Source: Podarcis vaucheri
Lineage: Eukaryota
Reading direction: 5' to 3' (one strand)
NCBI GenBank assembly: GCA_965113315.1
Contig: OZ220372.1
DNA: 64,000 bases
The notes below the pieces were generated by a model. The model saw only the letters and a program-made list of their open reading frames with translations. It did not search any database and was not told the origin of the DNA. Every line of letters starts with the position of its first letter. The stretch's first letter is position 1. A program made the position numbers and the translations under genes. Positions 38,801 to 46,682 of the stretch are shown here, piece by piece.

Positions 38801-41800
38801 CCTGAAAGAATCGAAAGCAGTGTCACCAAAGGACAGGGTCCTGTTGTATTCTCCCCTCTTTATAACCAGGCTATTTGTGCTGTTTGCTTGACACTAAATG
38901 TTTCTCACTGTTTCTCCCTAACAAAATGCTTTCTCTTTGTGCTTCAGGGAAGATGGTGAAAAAAGTCTGCCCTTGCAACCAGCTCTGTAGTAATTATTGC
39001 ATTTTGGTTACTTCTGAACTCTGATTGCCAAGCTGCTGTGTTTAAGTTTTCCTCTGATCTCTGAAGCTTAACCTCCCTGAATCTGTCTTGAGCACAGCAT
39101 CTGTCTCTGTGTCCCTTTCTAACTTGTTTCTGCACTAACACTGCAACAGGCCTGGCCACCTCACGACGGCAGTTCCTTGCTGGAATGGCATGTTTTGACT
39201 ATCAGTCACCTGTGTCCTCCTGGCTGACGAGTAATGATGCCAAAGTGTACATTAGCACAAGTAATTGGCAGCATTTTGGGTCAGAAGGCAAAATCTCCCT
39301 CGTTCATGGGCTTTGTGTGCAGTGATCATAGTGGAAGGGGTTTGCCCTAAGCACTGATCCAATTTCAAAAGGAGCTTCCATATCTTACTAAGAGGAAGGG
39401 CAAGGACCCAGATGTCCTTAGAGAGTACCCGCAACAGGAGAAAGTGTCATCATCAATGAAGAGTCAGTAAATGGGAGTGAAGCAAATTGGCAGCGTTAAG
39501 GTGGGGAAGGAGCAGCGGCGTGTGCAGTGATGTGATCCACAGGGCCAGTTAAGCCTCTGCATTTGTTCAGTTGTATGAAGAGCCGAAATAAGTTTCTGTA
39601 ACGTTTGCTGTGACTGAGCAAGATTGGAGGGAAGTTTTTTCCCCATGGTCACTGACCTAAGTGCTTGTCAGACTCTTCTTGATGGCTGGTTCAGTAGATG
39701 AAGTGTCTCGAGAACTGGCTTCATAATAAACCAGACACAAGAGTATTTTCAATACAGCTCACATTTAATATGACATTCCCTCTTATATTTTTGTTTTAGA
39801 GGGAAGACAATCTGGTGCATTTTCAACAGCTTGTAAAGTAAAAAGCCAAACATTAACAGACCCCACCTATCACTTCTGGATTGAAACTCTCTCCCCACCC
39901 CCAATTTACTATTGGGGGGCAGTGTCTGGGCATTGCAACAAGAGCTGTGTTTTCTGGCCATCAGGAAGGGGCTGATGGATATGTGCCGGTCCCTGCATGA
40001 AATTGTTGTCAGGAGAATGCACTGATATTTTTATTGGTACCATGTATCAAGATTCTTACCACCAGCACCACTTTTTTAAAATCTCTGTTGCCTGTTCCCT
40101 GTACTGTTCTTCAGGTTGCTCATTTTTTTTACTTAGATGTGTGTTTGTGTTCCAGTTTCTCACACTACATGGCTGAATCTTGTTGCATCACAAGTATAGT
40201 TTCCTTTGCATGTTACACAGTTACGATCTTATTACTATTAACTCTGCATTCCTTCCTCTCACCTGGGCAGAGGATTCTTCCTCCTTCCTCTTCCCTGCAT
40301 GTGGATGAGCACCACTCCCATCTTATTTAGTAGTTTTTTTGGGGGGACTGCTGCGTCTTTCACCACCTTGGGTAGTTTTATCCGCTTATTTGTATTTCAC
40401 AATGCAGTGGCACCTTGCTCAGTTGCTCTAACCAATTACAGTGGTGCCTCGCAAGACGAAAAGAATCCGTTCTGTGATTCTCTTCATCTAGCGGTTTTTT
40501 CGTCTTGCGAAGCAAGCCCATTAGCGGATTAGCGCTATTAGCGGCATTTAGCGGCTTATCTGCTGATCAGATCAGCTGATAAGCGGCTTAGCAGCTTAGA
40601 AAAAGGGGGAGAAAGGGGGGGAAACCAGCAGGAACTCGCAAGACATTGTCGTCTTGCGAAGCAAGCCCATAGGAAATTCGTTTTGCGAAGCACCTCCAAA
40701 ACGGAAAACTCTTTCGTCTAGCGAGTTTTCCATCTTGCAAGGCATTCGTCTTGCGGGGCACCACTGTATAATGTTTTGAATTCTTGTCTAATCTGGCTTG
40801 GATTCAGGGAGGCCAGTTTTATCCCAAAGAATCAAGGGTCCAGTTAAGTTGCCAGTACCTATGACTTTGCTTCTGTCAGCAAGTTCTTGAGCAGCGGGAA
40901 TGGATTATCAGTTTTTAGATTTGAGTCTTGTGCAGTGGGAACTCTTGGTTCCCTCTTTGACTTCTTATAAAGCTTTGATTCCATTATTTTGACAGTCCCA
41001 GGAGCAAGCTGGGTGGAATTAATGTGCTACCTTCTACTGGTCTAATTGGTGTTTCCTCAGCTGTTTTTTCATCAGGTTGTACCTTCACTCCTTCCTTGTG
41101 TTGAAATAGGAAGGCCTTTTCAGTGGACTTGAATTGTACTGAAGGCTTTCCCAGATGCACTTCTTGTACAGTCTTGAGCAATGCAATGGGCTCATTGGCT
41201 TCTATACATTGGAGACAGTGTCCTATCTCAGTGGTCATGGTGCTTGTTTCATAGCACATGTGGGGTTCTCAACGCTCTTAAACTCTTGTATTTAGGTTGC
41301 TGCTTCCTGAATAACCATTTTGGACAAGTAAAAACAACTCTTTCACACCATTCCACTACAGATTTGCTATAGAATGGCCATCACAGCAGAAACTTGGATG
41401 CTTTGGATTTCCCTTCATTCTTAGAATTTGATCCTACCAGGTGCCATATTCTAAACTGAAACAGTTCCTTGCATTTCTCTTTGCAGAGCTGTATAAAATT
41501 CTGTATGGTGTGAAACCCAAATGTGCAGGTTCTCCTGGAAGCTGCCATCTGAGTTGGAAGCACCAGGTGATGGTTTGCCGCTTCCTTTTGGCACTGTTGT
41601 GCTTGGACAGTAAGCCAGCAGGTTTCAGGTACATTCATGAAGATGGAAGTACCTGCCAGTAATACAATGTCTCGTTCCAATAACGAGTCCCTGGGGCTTC
41701 TTAGTTTCCATCTGCAGAGCAGAGCAGCTGTCCGTGCTGAGTGAGTGGGCAGAGTTGGCAGTAGCATTAGCTTGATATAATAGGTGCTTGTTGACAATGT

Positions 41801-42783
41801 AGAGGAACCCATTACTCATGGACCTGTCATTGATACCAAAAGCTAGTTCATTCCCCAGTGGAAAATGGCAACGTTGCAGACCACCCACTGATCTGGAAAA
41901 TAACACACAATTACATGATTAACCTAATAGGAGTGAAACTGCTAGCTGAGCCCTAAATCCCTTCCTCTTCATTATGTCCTGGTACTGAATTGTAGAATTC
42001 ATGTGCATGGCTTTTTAAACTCTTGCTTTCTCCTATTTTTCCATTGTAGCTATAGTTTTGATGGCCTTCAGGAACTATCATACAGTCAGGTTTAAATGAC
42101 AGCCATTGCTTTGCTCTTCTAGGGACCAGCAGTACAAACACTGTTGCGGGTACAGTGAACAGCCAGGCACCTCAGTCTCAGCCTCCTGCCTCTAGTCGAA
42201 AAGGGACCTTTACGGATGACCTGCACAAGCTAGTAGACAACTGGGCTCGCGATGCCATGAGCCTCTCTGGCAAGAAAGGAGGCAAGGGGCATGGCAATTA
42301 TGAGGTAAGTACTTGCTTGGGGCATTTTATCTGGTCGTAGGCACTCGGCCAACTTACAAATCATTCATGGAAGAATCTGACACATTTCTGAGGGAGAAGC
42401 CTCTACGGACTGTTTTAACATTGTTTGGCAATTCTGAAATAACCTCTTGGGTTGGGTTTTCTTTTTAGGGCCCAGGAATGGCAAGGAAGTTCTCTGCACC
42501 AGGTCAGCTCTGCATCTCGATGACGTCTTCCCTTGGTGCTACACCCATCTCTGCTGCGTCAGCTACCTCCCTAGGTCACTTCACAAAGGCCATGTGCCCC
42601 CCTCAGCCATACGGTTTCCCAGCAGTGCCCTTTGTAGCTCCCTGGAGCGGGACAGGTGGTCCAGCACCGCAGCCTTTAGGCCAGTTCCAGCCTGTAGGTG
42701 CCACCTCATTGCAAAGCTTCAACATCAGCAACTTGCAGAAATCCATCAGCAACCCCCCTGGCTCTAATCTGCGGACCACTTAA
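1260..42783 (+). CDS. WNK1: WNK lysine-deficient protein kinase 1, 5'-partial multi-exon CDS (exon 8b to exon 28; kinase-domain exons lie upstream of the window)
   Basis: Chain of GT-AG exons with consistent phases. They encode the HSN2 region, the CCT/PF2-like domain ([28 protein letters not shown]), RFxV motifs, the C-terminal coiled coil ([13 protein letters not shown]) and the C-terminus [13 protein letters not shown]. Exon numbering is transferred from mammalian WNK1. Confidence 0.98.
2903..4111 (+). CDS. WNK1: WNK1 HSN2 exon (1209 nt, 403 codons, phase 0-0)
   Basis: caatacag|CCTCAA...CCTCAG|gttaca; [35 protein letters not shown]...[12 protein letters not shown]; inside ORF 2885..4153. 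Confidence 0.96.
5532..5667. mobile_element. hAT-type MITE (136 bp)
   Basis: Perfect 8-bp TSD ATGTAGGG at 5524-5531 and 5668-5675; imperfect TIRs CAAGCTTCCTCAACCT / AGGTTGAAGAAGCCTG; palindromic body. Degraded relatives near 7915-8045, 12455-12575, 14520-14600 and 19125-19240. Confidence 0.85.
5705..5955 (-). mobile_element. LINE 3' fragment (L2-like) with short tandem-repeat tail
   Basis: (AAT)n followed by ttataccccgcccatctggctggg...cttccctaaacagggctgccttcagatgtct; related to the opposite-strand copy at 8516-8808. Confidence 0.65.
7725..7802 (+). CDS. WNK1: WNK1 exon 9 (78 nt)
   Basis: cctttag|GCG...CAG|gtaatg; [26 protein letters not shown]. Confidence 0.85.
8516..8808 (+). mobile_element. 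LINE 3' fragment (L2-like) ending in a (TTA)n microsatellite (8761-8808)
   Basis: gaaggcagccctgtatcaggaagc...gccacccagagt...agatgggcaggg followed by (TTA)n. Confidence 0.65.
9282..10075. mobile_element. Non-autonomous Tc1/mariner-superfamily (Tc2/pogo-like) element, 794 bp
   Basis: TA TSD at 9280-9281 and 10076-10077; 27-bp TIRs CCGTATTTTTCGC...GGACGCAC with 3 mismatches; removing it restores the contiguous SINE sequence ggtacctatttatctac. Confidence 0.9.
9568..9990. repeat. GC-rich 109-bp tandem units with internal inverted repeats
   Basis: AGGCTCCT anchors at 9568, 9676, 9785 and 9894. Confidence 0.9.
10468..10611 (+). CDS. WNK1: WNK1 exon 10 (144 nt)
   Basis: gtgacag|AGC...CAG|gtaaac; [15 protein letters not shown]...PQVAAGTQ. 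Confidence 0.85.
11600..12073 (+). CDS. WNK1: WNK1 exon 11 (474 nt, proline-rich cassette)
   Basis: ccccag|CTT...CAG|gtattg; [13 protein letters not shown]...[13 protein letters not shown]...DAVYQ. Confidence 0.93.
12278..12419 (-). mobile_element. tRNA(Ile)-derived SINE with CR1-type 3' tail (Squam3-like)
   Basis: Reverse strand reads agctcagttggttagagtgtggtgttgataataccaaggttgcaggttcaagcccc...cttccaa-like / ttctataattctacga tail; partial copies at about 36407-36480 and 48014-48118. Confidence 0.75.
13327..13602 (+). CDS. WNK1: WNK1 exon 12 (276 nt, proline-rich cassette)
   Basis: tcgcag|GGC...GAG|gtaaat; [17 protein letters not shown]...VQPYVE...SQQTALE. Confidence 0.92.
14264..14364 (+). 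CDS. WNK1: WNK1 exon 13 (101 nt, phase 0-2)
   Basis: ttgcag|AGT...GATAG|gtaaat; [12 protein letters not shown]...LVSSID. Confidence 0.88.
14781..15249. mobile_element. Degraded hAT-like non-autonomous DNA transposon
   Basis: Ends tagtgattcccaaact / agtttggaaactcctg; degenerate 8-bp flanks atgtaaca / atgaaata. Confidence 0.55.
15463..15625 (+). CDS. WNK1: WNK1 exon 14 (163 nt, phase 2-0)
   Basis: ctgtag|T...AAT|gtgagt; [11 protein letters not shown]...[18 protein letters not shown]. Confidence 0.95.
16144..16175 (+). repeat. (TTTG)n microsatellite
   Basis: Direct reading; an (AAAC)n run also lies at 23855-23877. Confidence 0.9.
16872..16988 (+). CDS. WNK1: WNK1 exon 15 (117 nt; CCT/PF2-like domain)
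   Basis: ttccag|GTT...ATG|gtaagc; [39 protein letters not shown]. Confidence 0.96.
17887..18033 (+). CDS. WNK1: WNK1 exon 16 (147 nt)
   Basis: atgcag|GTG...CAG|gtaagg; [32 protein letters not shown]. Confidence 0.94.
18337..18394 (+). CDS. WNK1: WNK1 exon 17 (58 nt, phase 0-1)
   Basis: ttgcag|AAA...ATAG|gtaagg; [19 protein letters not shown]. Confidence 0.9.
18556..18693 (+). CDS. WNK1: WNK1 exon 18 (138 nt; RFIV SPAK/OSR1-docking motif)
   Basis: ctttag|GT...ATAG|gtgagt; [24 protein letters not shown]. Confidence 0.95.
19761..21163 (+). CDS. WNK1: WNK1 exon 19 (1403 nt; S/T/P-rich low complexity)
   Basis: ttgcag|TT...CCG|gtaagg; [20 protein letters not shown]...[20 protein letters not shown]...KPPLSRAP. 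Confidence 0.95.
23402..23485 (+). CDS. WNK1: WNK1 exon 20 (84 nt)
   Basis: tcatag|GGG...CAG|gtgcta; [28 protein letters not shown]. Confidence 0.9.
24689..24803. mobile_element. Short palindromic MITE-like repeat
   Basis: cagagtagaccaattgaaattaatg ... cattaatttcaatgttctactctg fold-back; related copies at about 22846-22965 and 19664-19715. Confidence 0.6.
25373..25459 (+). CDS. WNK1: WNK1 exon 21 (87 nt)
   Basis: ctgcag|TCC...GGT|gtaagt; [19 protein letters not shown]. Confidence 0.93.
26459..26696. mobile_element. Tigger/mariner-like MITE
   Basis: TA flanks; imperfect TIRs cagtgaaaccttggttctcgaac / gttggagaaccaaggtatgacta. Confidence 0.75.
26724..27842 (-). mobile_element. Non-autonomous L1-like retroposon, 1119 bp
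   Basis: Perfect 18-bp TSD CAGCAAAGCTGTTTTTTC at 26706-26723 and 27843-27860. Minus strand starts GGGGG with AAGATGGC near the 5' end, and ends AATAAA plus an A-rich tail. Confidence 0.8.
28141..28210 (+). CDS. WNK1: WNK1 exon 22 (70 nt, phase 0-1)
   Basis: ttcatag|CCT...ACTG|gtaaga; [23 protein letters not shown]; phase bridges exons 21 and 23. Confidence 0.8.
29948..30021 (+). CDS. WNK1: WNK1 exon 23 (74 nt, phase 1-0)
   Basis: tttcag|AT...CAG|gtattc; [12 protein letters not shown], with the RFQV motif completed by exon 24. Confidence 0.92.
30599..31242 (+). CDS. WNK1: WNK1 exon 24 (644 nt; RFQV and RFSV motifs)
   Basis: ctctag|GTG...GAGAA|gtaagt; [38 protein letters not shown]. Confidence 0.96.
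32929..33131 (+). CDS. WNK1: WNK1 exon 25 (203 nt; C-terminal coiled coil)
   Basis: atttag|G...TTGG|gtaaga; [47 protein letters not shown]. Confidence 0.96.
34782..34961 (+). CDS. WNK1: WNK1 exon 26 (180 nt, phase 1-1)
   Basis: ccctag|GC...CAAG|gtaaat; [11 protein letters not shown]...[29 protein letters not shown]. Confidence 0.93.
35819..35890 (+). CDS. WNK1: WNK1 cassette exon 26a (72 nt, phase 1-1)
   Basis: Long pyrimidine tract, tcacag|GG...CTGA|gtacgc; [23 protein letters not shown] resembles remembered mammalian 26a. Confidence 0.85.
38948..38989 (+). CDS. WNK1: WNK1 cassette exon 26b (42 nt, phase 1-1)
   Basis: gcttcag|GG...TGTA|gtaatt; [13 protein letters not shown]. Confidence 0.85.
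40439..40766. mobile_element. Tigger/mariner-like MITE, 328 bp
   Basis: TA TSD; TIRs CAGTGGTGCCTCGCAAGACGAA / TTCGTCTTGCGGGGCACCACTG; internal TTAGCGG repeats. Confidence 0.88.
42123..42304 (+). CDS. WNK1: WNK1 exon 27 (182 nt, phase 1-0)
   Basis: ttctag|GG...GAG|gtaagt; TSSTNTVAG...[23 protein letters not shown]. Confidence 0.96.
42469..42783 (+). CDS. WNK1: WNK1 exon 28, coding part with stop
   Basis: ttttag|GGC; [18 protein letters not shown]...[19 protein letters not shown]. Confidence 0.97.
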   Translation, partial: GPGMARKFSAPGQLCISMTSSLGATPISAASATSLGHFTKAMCPPQPYGFPAVPFVAPWSGTGGPAPQPLGQFQPVGATSLQSFNISNLQKSISNPPGSNLRTT

Positions 42784-45270
42784 TGAGACCCAGGCATGCT
42801 GCTGGGTAGACTTGAGGGGGGAAATCAGGCCCTGAACCAACCACTAGGCTGCAGTGAACTGGCTATTAGCGCCCGGGGGGGGGTGAACTTCCTCCTCTAA
42901 CCATTGCTCTCTGCTCTCCGTAAGAAAAGCCCTCCATTTTGAATATGGGGAGAAGAGTGATCAGGATCTTCCACGATGGGACATGCTTCCTCTCGTCTGT
43001 GGCAAGTGTGTAAAGATGAAAGCTACCACACAAGCCAAGGGCTTCGTGCTGTAAAATTCATTTGGCTTAAGATGCTGAATCTACATGGGTTGAGACGGGA
43101 GAATTGTTGTTAGTTTTAGCATGAATCTTTAGTATGCCATTTGTCTTGCTCTGAGGAATTAAGCCGGGGGTGGGGGGAGCTGTCCATTATTTCCATGTCT
43201 CTTCCTTCCGTCAGACCATCACACCGAAGTTCCTGAGCTGATGGGGCACACAAGTGGACTTGCAGAACAGCCCGTGCTTTGACATAGGTCATTACTGCTT
43301 TAAGTAAAAGATATTAACAGCTTTGACTGCAGCATTAGAGCAATTTAAATTGTTTAGAAGACAAATTTTTTAAAAAGTTCCCTGCGGACATGTACTTACC
43401 ATCAGTTTTGATGTGGAAACACTGTGATATATAAATGTTGTTGGACAACAGTAGTTTAAAAAAAATGAGTGGCATATAGAGGGTTAAACAGTTAAAAAGG
43501 AAAAAAAAATGGGGGGAAAGCTAGCTATATCCTGATACTTATTGGAGACACTTTAACTTTTTTTCCTTTGTATTTTCATTGTATTAGATAAATGTGAATG
43601 TATAATTGTATAAATTAATGTACTTGAATACTTGTCTGTTCTCCCAGTATGCTTGCTGGATATTTTAGTGCCTTGGACTTTTATTGCTTCTACAGTTAGT
43701 ATCACCTTCCCAGCAGACTTTCGCCAGGCAGAGGGAGGTTATTTGGATATAGTCACTGGAATACCAAAGGCATAACACATTGGATGCTTATACTGTAATA
43801 GTGTCAAGAGTAGGTGTTGGAGGGGGAGCTATTGCAGCTTTTGTGTCGGAAGAGTAAAGCTATGGAGTGGTGGGGGAAACTGATGTGGCTGATGCAGCAG
43901 CAGTGAGGGATTTATGCGGAGGTGCTGAAGAGAATGAACACAGTGACCAGAGTAGAAGCTGGGTTGTTGAGAATAAGGGAAGTGGGGGGGGGGGAGAGGG
44001 ACATCTTTGAAGGGGTAAGCACCTACGGGTGGGTTGACTTTTAAGCTATAAAGGTTTTTTTAGTAAGGGTAATGTATGTCAAGGGATTGGAGCGATCACT
44101 CTGGAGAGGGAGGGTGTTTGCTGGGATTTGCTCCCCCCCTGCCCTGCCTGTCAATCCAATCCTGAAAGGCCAGGAACACATCTTCCTGGTGCAGCATCCA
44201 TTGCTAAGGATGGATACACTTGAAACAGCCAGCATCAAAAACAACTTTTTCTTTCTATGTCTAAAGGACTTAAAACTGGTACCAGGACTGTAACTAACTG
44301 TGTTGCCTTTTAGTAGGTGTACTATATCTCCTACTCGCCTTCCTCTTTCTAACTCAAAATACTGGTTTCCCCGATCAAATGAAATAACTGCAACCAACTA
44401 GTATTACTTTGCATTGCAGCAGCAGGCTGTGAAGTCAAAGTACTTCTGCTTTGGACTTGGGAGCAGCTTTACTGCTTGGTCTGGAAGTCTGTTTTCTCTT
44501 TCCCCACCCCCGGAAGTCCTCTAAAGTTAGCAAGGACATTTGTTCTTTCTGTATTTCTTTCACTCTTCCCTCAAACATATGCACAAGTCTTTCTTTCTTT
44601 TCTTCCCTTCGCCTCAAGTTGAAGTTTACAGTGGTTTTGTCAGGCAGAGGTAAGATTTGGACCCGGTGGCTGAAAACAAAAGACGCAAGTCTAGGTGGCT
44701 GGGATTCAACAACTTTTCAGAATTAAAAAAAAGCCCTCACAGGTGAGATGGGAAATTCAAGGTGAGGTTGATGTGCAGAAAGCAGGAAGGAGCAATGGAT
44801 GAAAAGATGCCACCAAATGTTAGAAGATCTAGTCAGCTGAGTGTTGCACAAGGATAGTATTTTGGTTTAATATGTTTGAGGTCGAGTTTTCACTTAGTTA
44901 TGCAAGTACTGGTTTTATTTACCATTGATTTCCCTCCTGTGGATGAAATAACTGAGGTCTAGAGGAATTAACTAATGCTACTGAACTGTTAAATTATTTT
45001 GTGTTATTACACTTTGAATACCTTTTTCCACAAGATCTGTTTCTGAATTACAGATGTTTTCTTTACATTATTTAACAATGTACACTGTAAAAAAATAAAA
45101 TAAAATGAATTCAAACCTTGGGCTTCCCTGGCCGTAGTTAATGGTATGTTTTGCACTAAATCCAGGCATTGCGCTTCCTGTATGATTGCGCTTTGTGCTG
45201 CAGTTTGTTACCTTCTTTGTAGATATTTAATGAAATCATTCAAATAAACCAAACCTGCTTTTGTTGAGCT
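42784..45270 (+). other. WNK1: WNK1 3' UTR (about 2.3-2.5 kb; end inferred from poly(A) signals)
   Basis: Follows the stop codon, with no obvious transposon insertions; AATAAA at 45094-45099, 45099-45104 and 45243-45248. Confidence 0.7.
45094..45248 (+). terminator. Candidate WNK1 polyadenylation signals
   Basis: Overlapping AATAAAATAAA at 45094-45104 and AATAAA at 45243-45248, each followed by GT/T-rich sequence. Confidence 0.6.
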
Positions 45271-46620
45271 GTGGTTTTTCATTTTCGAATGGCCTTGGTT
45301 CCTCCTGTGCCCGAAGCTTAACAATTGTTAGTGAGCTCTTGTTACTCCCACTAGCATTATTGTTAACAATCACTTGAGTTTGAAGGAGTGCAGGTGCCTT
45401 CAAACAAATATTTAAATAATACTTGAAAATTTATTATTTGGTTTCTGAGACTTATACCTTTCGAAAAGATCTTTCCACAGATAATACTTCCATAATAGAA
45501 ATCTAAAATGGGCAATTTGGTAGTAATCAATTTACACTGTGAGGTCGTGCCAGTAAACCACCTAAGATTATTGATGTTGACCTATTAAGTGTTTTGTTGG
45601 CCTTGCTTCATTAAATTTAAATAATTTGCTTTTACCAAAACACACTGCAGAAAAAATGATAGTCCTCCAGCCACATATATAACTTATAAACTGTATATGC
45701 GAAAATACAGCATCTTTCCTTTACTCTTGACTGGTTCAACCTAGGAAGATTCAACCTAGGCAGCAACCATTTTGCACAGTGATTCCAGTCGTGGCCCACA
45801 CAAGCGCCAGCAGAACATTCATAGGCCGCCCCATTCCGGGTCCAAAAGGAGCCAGGCGTTAGCGGTCACACATCAATTGGATGCATACAAAATGGCCGTT
45901 GCCTGTATATCAATTCCGAACCTCTTTAGTAAGCTTCGTGTCCAACTATTAGCCTCCAACATTTTTCTTTATTTGAAAGAGAACAAGGGAAATCTGATAA
46001 AACTATGTGTGTGGCTGGCTCCAGTCTTCATACAGTGGGACATCAAATCTCACAGCTTTTCTGAATGAAAAGCTTTAATTTAACCACTTTAATAAGCAGG
46101 ATTCACATTGCATAATTAGCACACTGGCATCCTAGCCTTAAAAAACTTTTCATTCCACAAAAGTAAATTACTATTACTGTTACACGAAGCTTGTTTCAGA
46201 GTACATTTTTAAAATGCTGTAACATTCCTTCAGCTTTGGTTCTATTTTTTTCCTTAGGAAAGGGCAAATAGTACAAAAATAGTTTGCCTTGCTTTACAAG
46301 ATGCAGCCTTGTTAAAATGGATTCCTCCCTATTACAATAAAGGGAGTTAAGAATAAAGCAATGTTTTGTATTTGGATATGGAGTTACATCTGTTAATCTT
46401 AACGGAGAAAAATACTGATATTCTTTTCTGAAGATACAGTTGATGGAAAGCAATGTTTAAAACTTTCAAATTCTGAAAAATCATGAGCACAACTTTTTTC
46501 CTGTTTAGTGCTTGATATAGTGAGGTCTGAAGAATATTCTCCATTCTGAAACTTCCGAGTGCAAATTGCGTTCTGAAACCTGAACAGATAAAGCACCACA
46601 GTCAAGTCATTCATCTTCTG

Positions 46621-46682
46621 TTATGCAGGCTCCAGCCTTCTCTTCTTCATCCCTTGGCTCCTCCTGTATGGGCTGCATTCAG
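46621..46682 (-). CDS. RAD52: RAD52 last coding exon with basic NLS-like motif and stop
   Basis: ttttag|CT; [22 protein letters not shown]. Confidence 0.9.
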
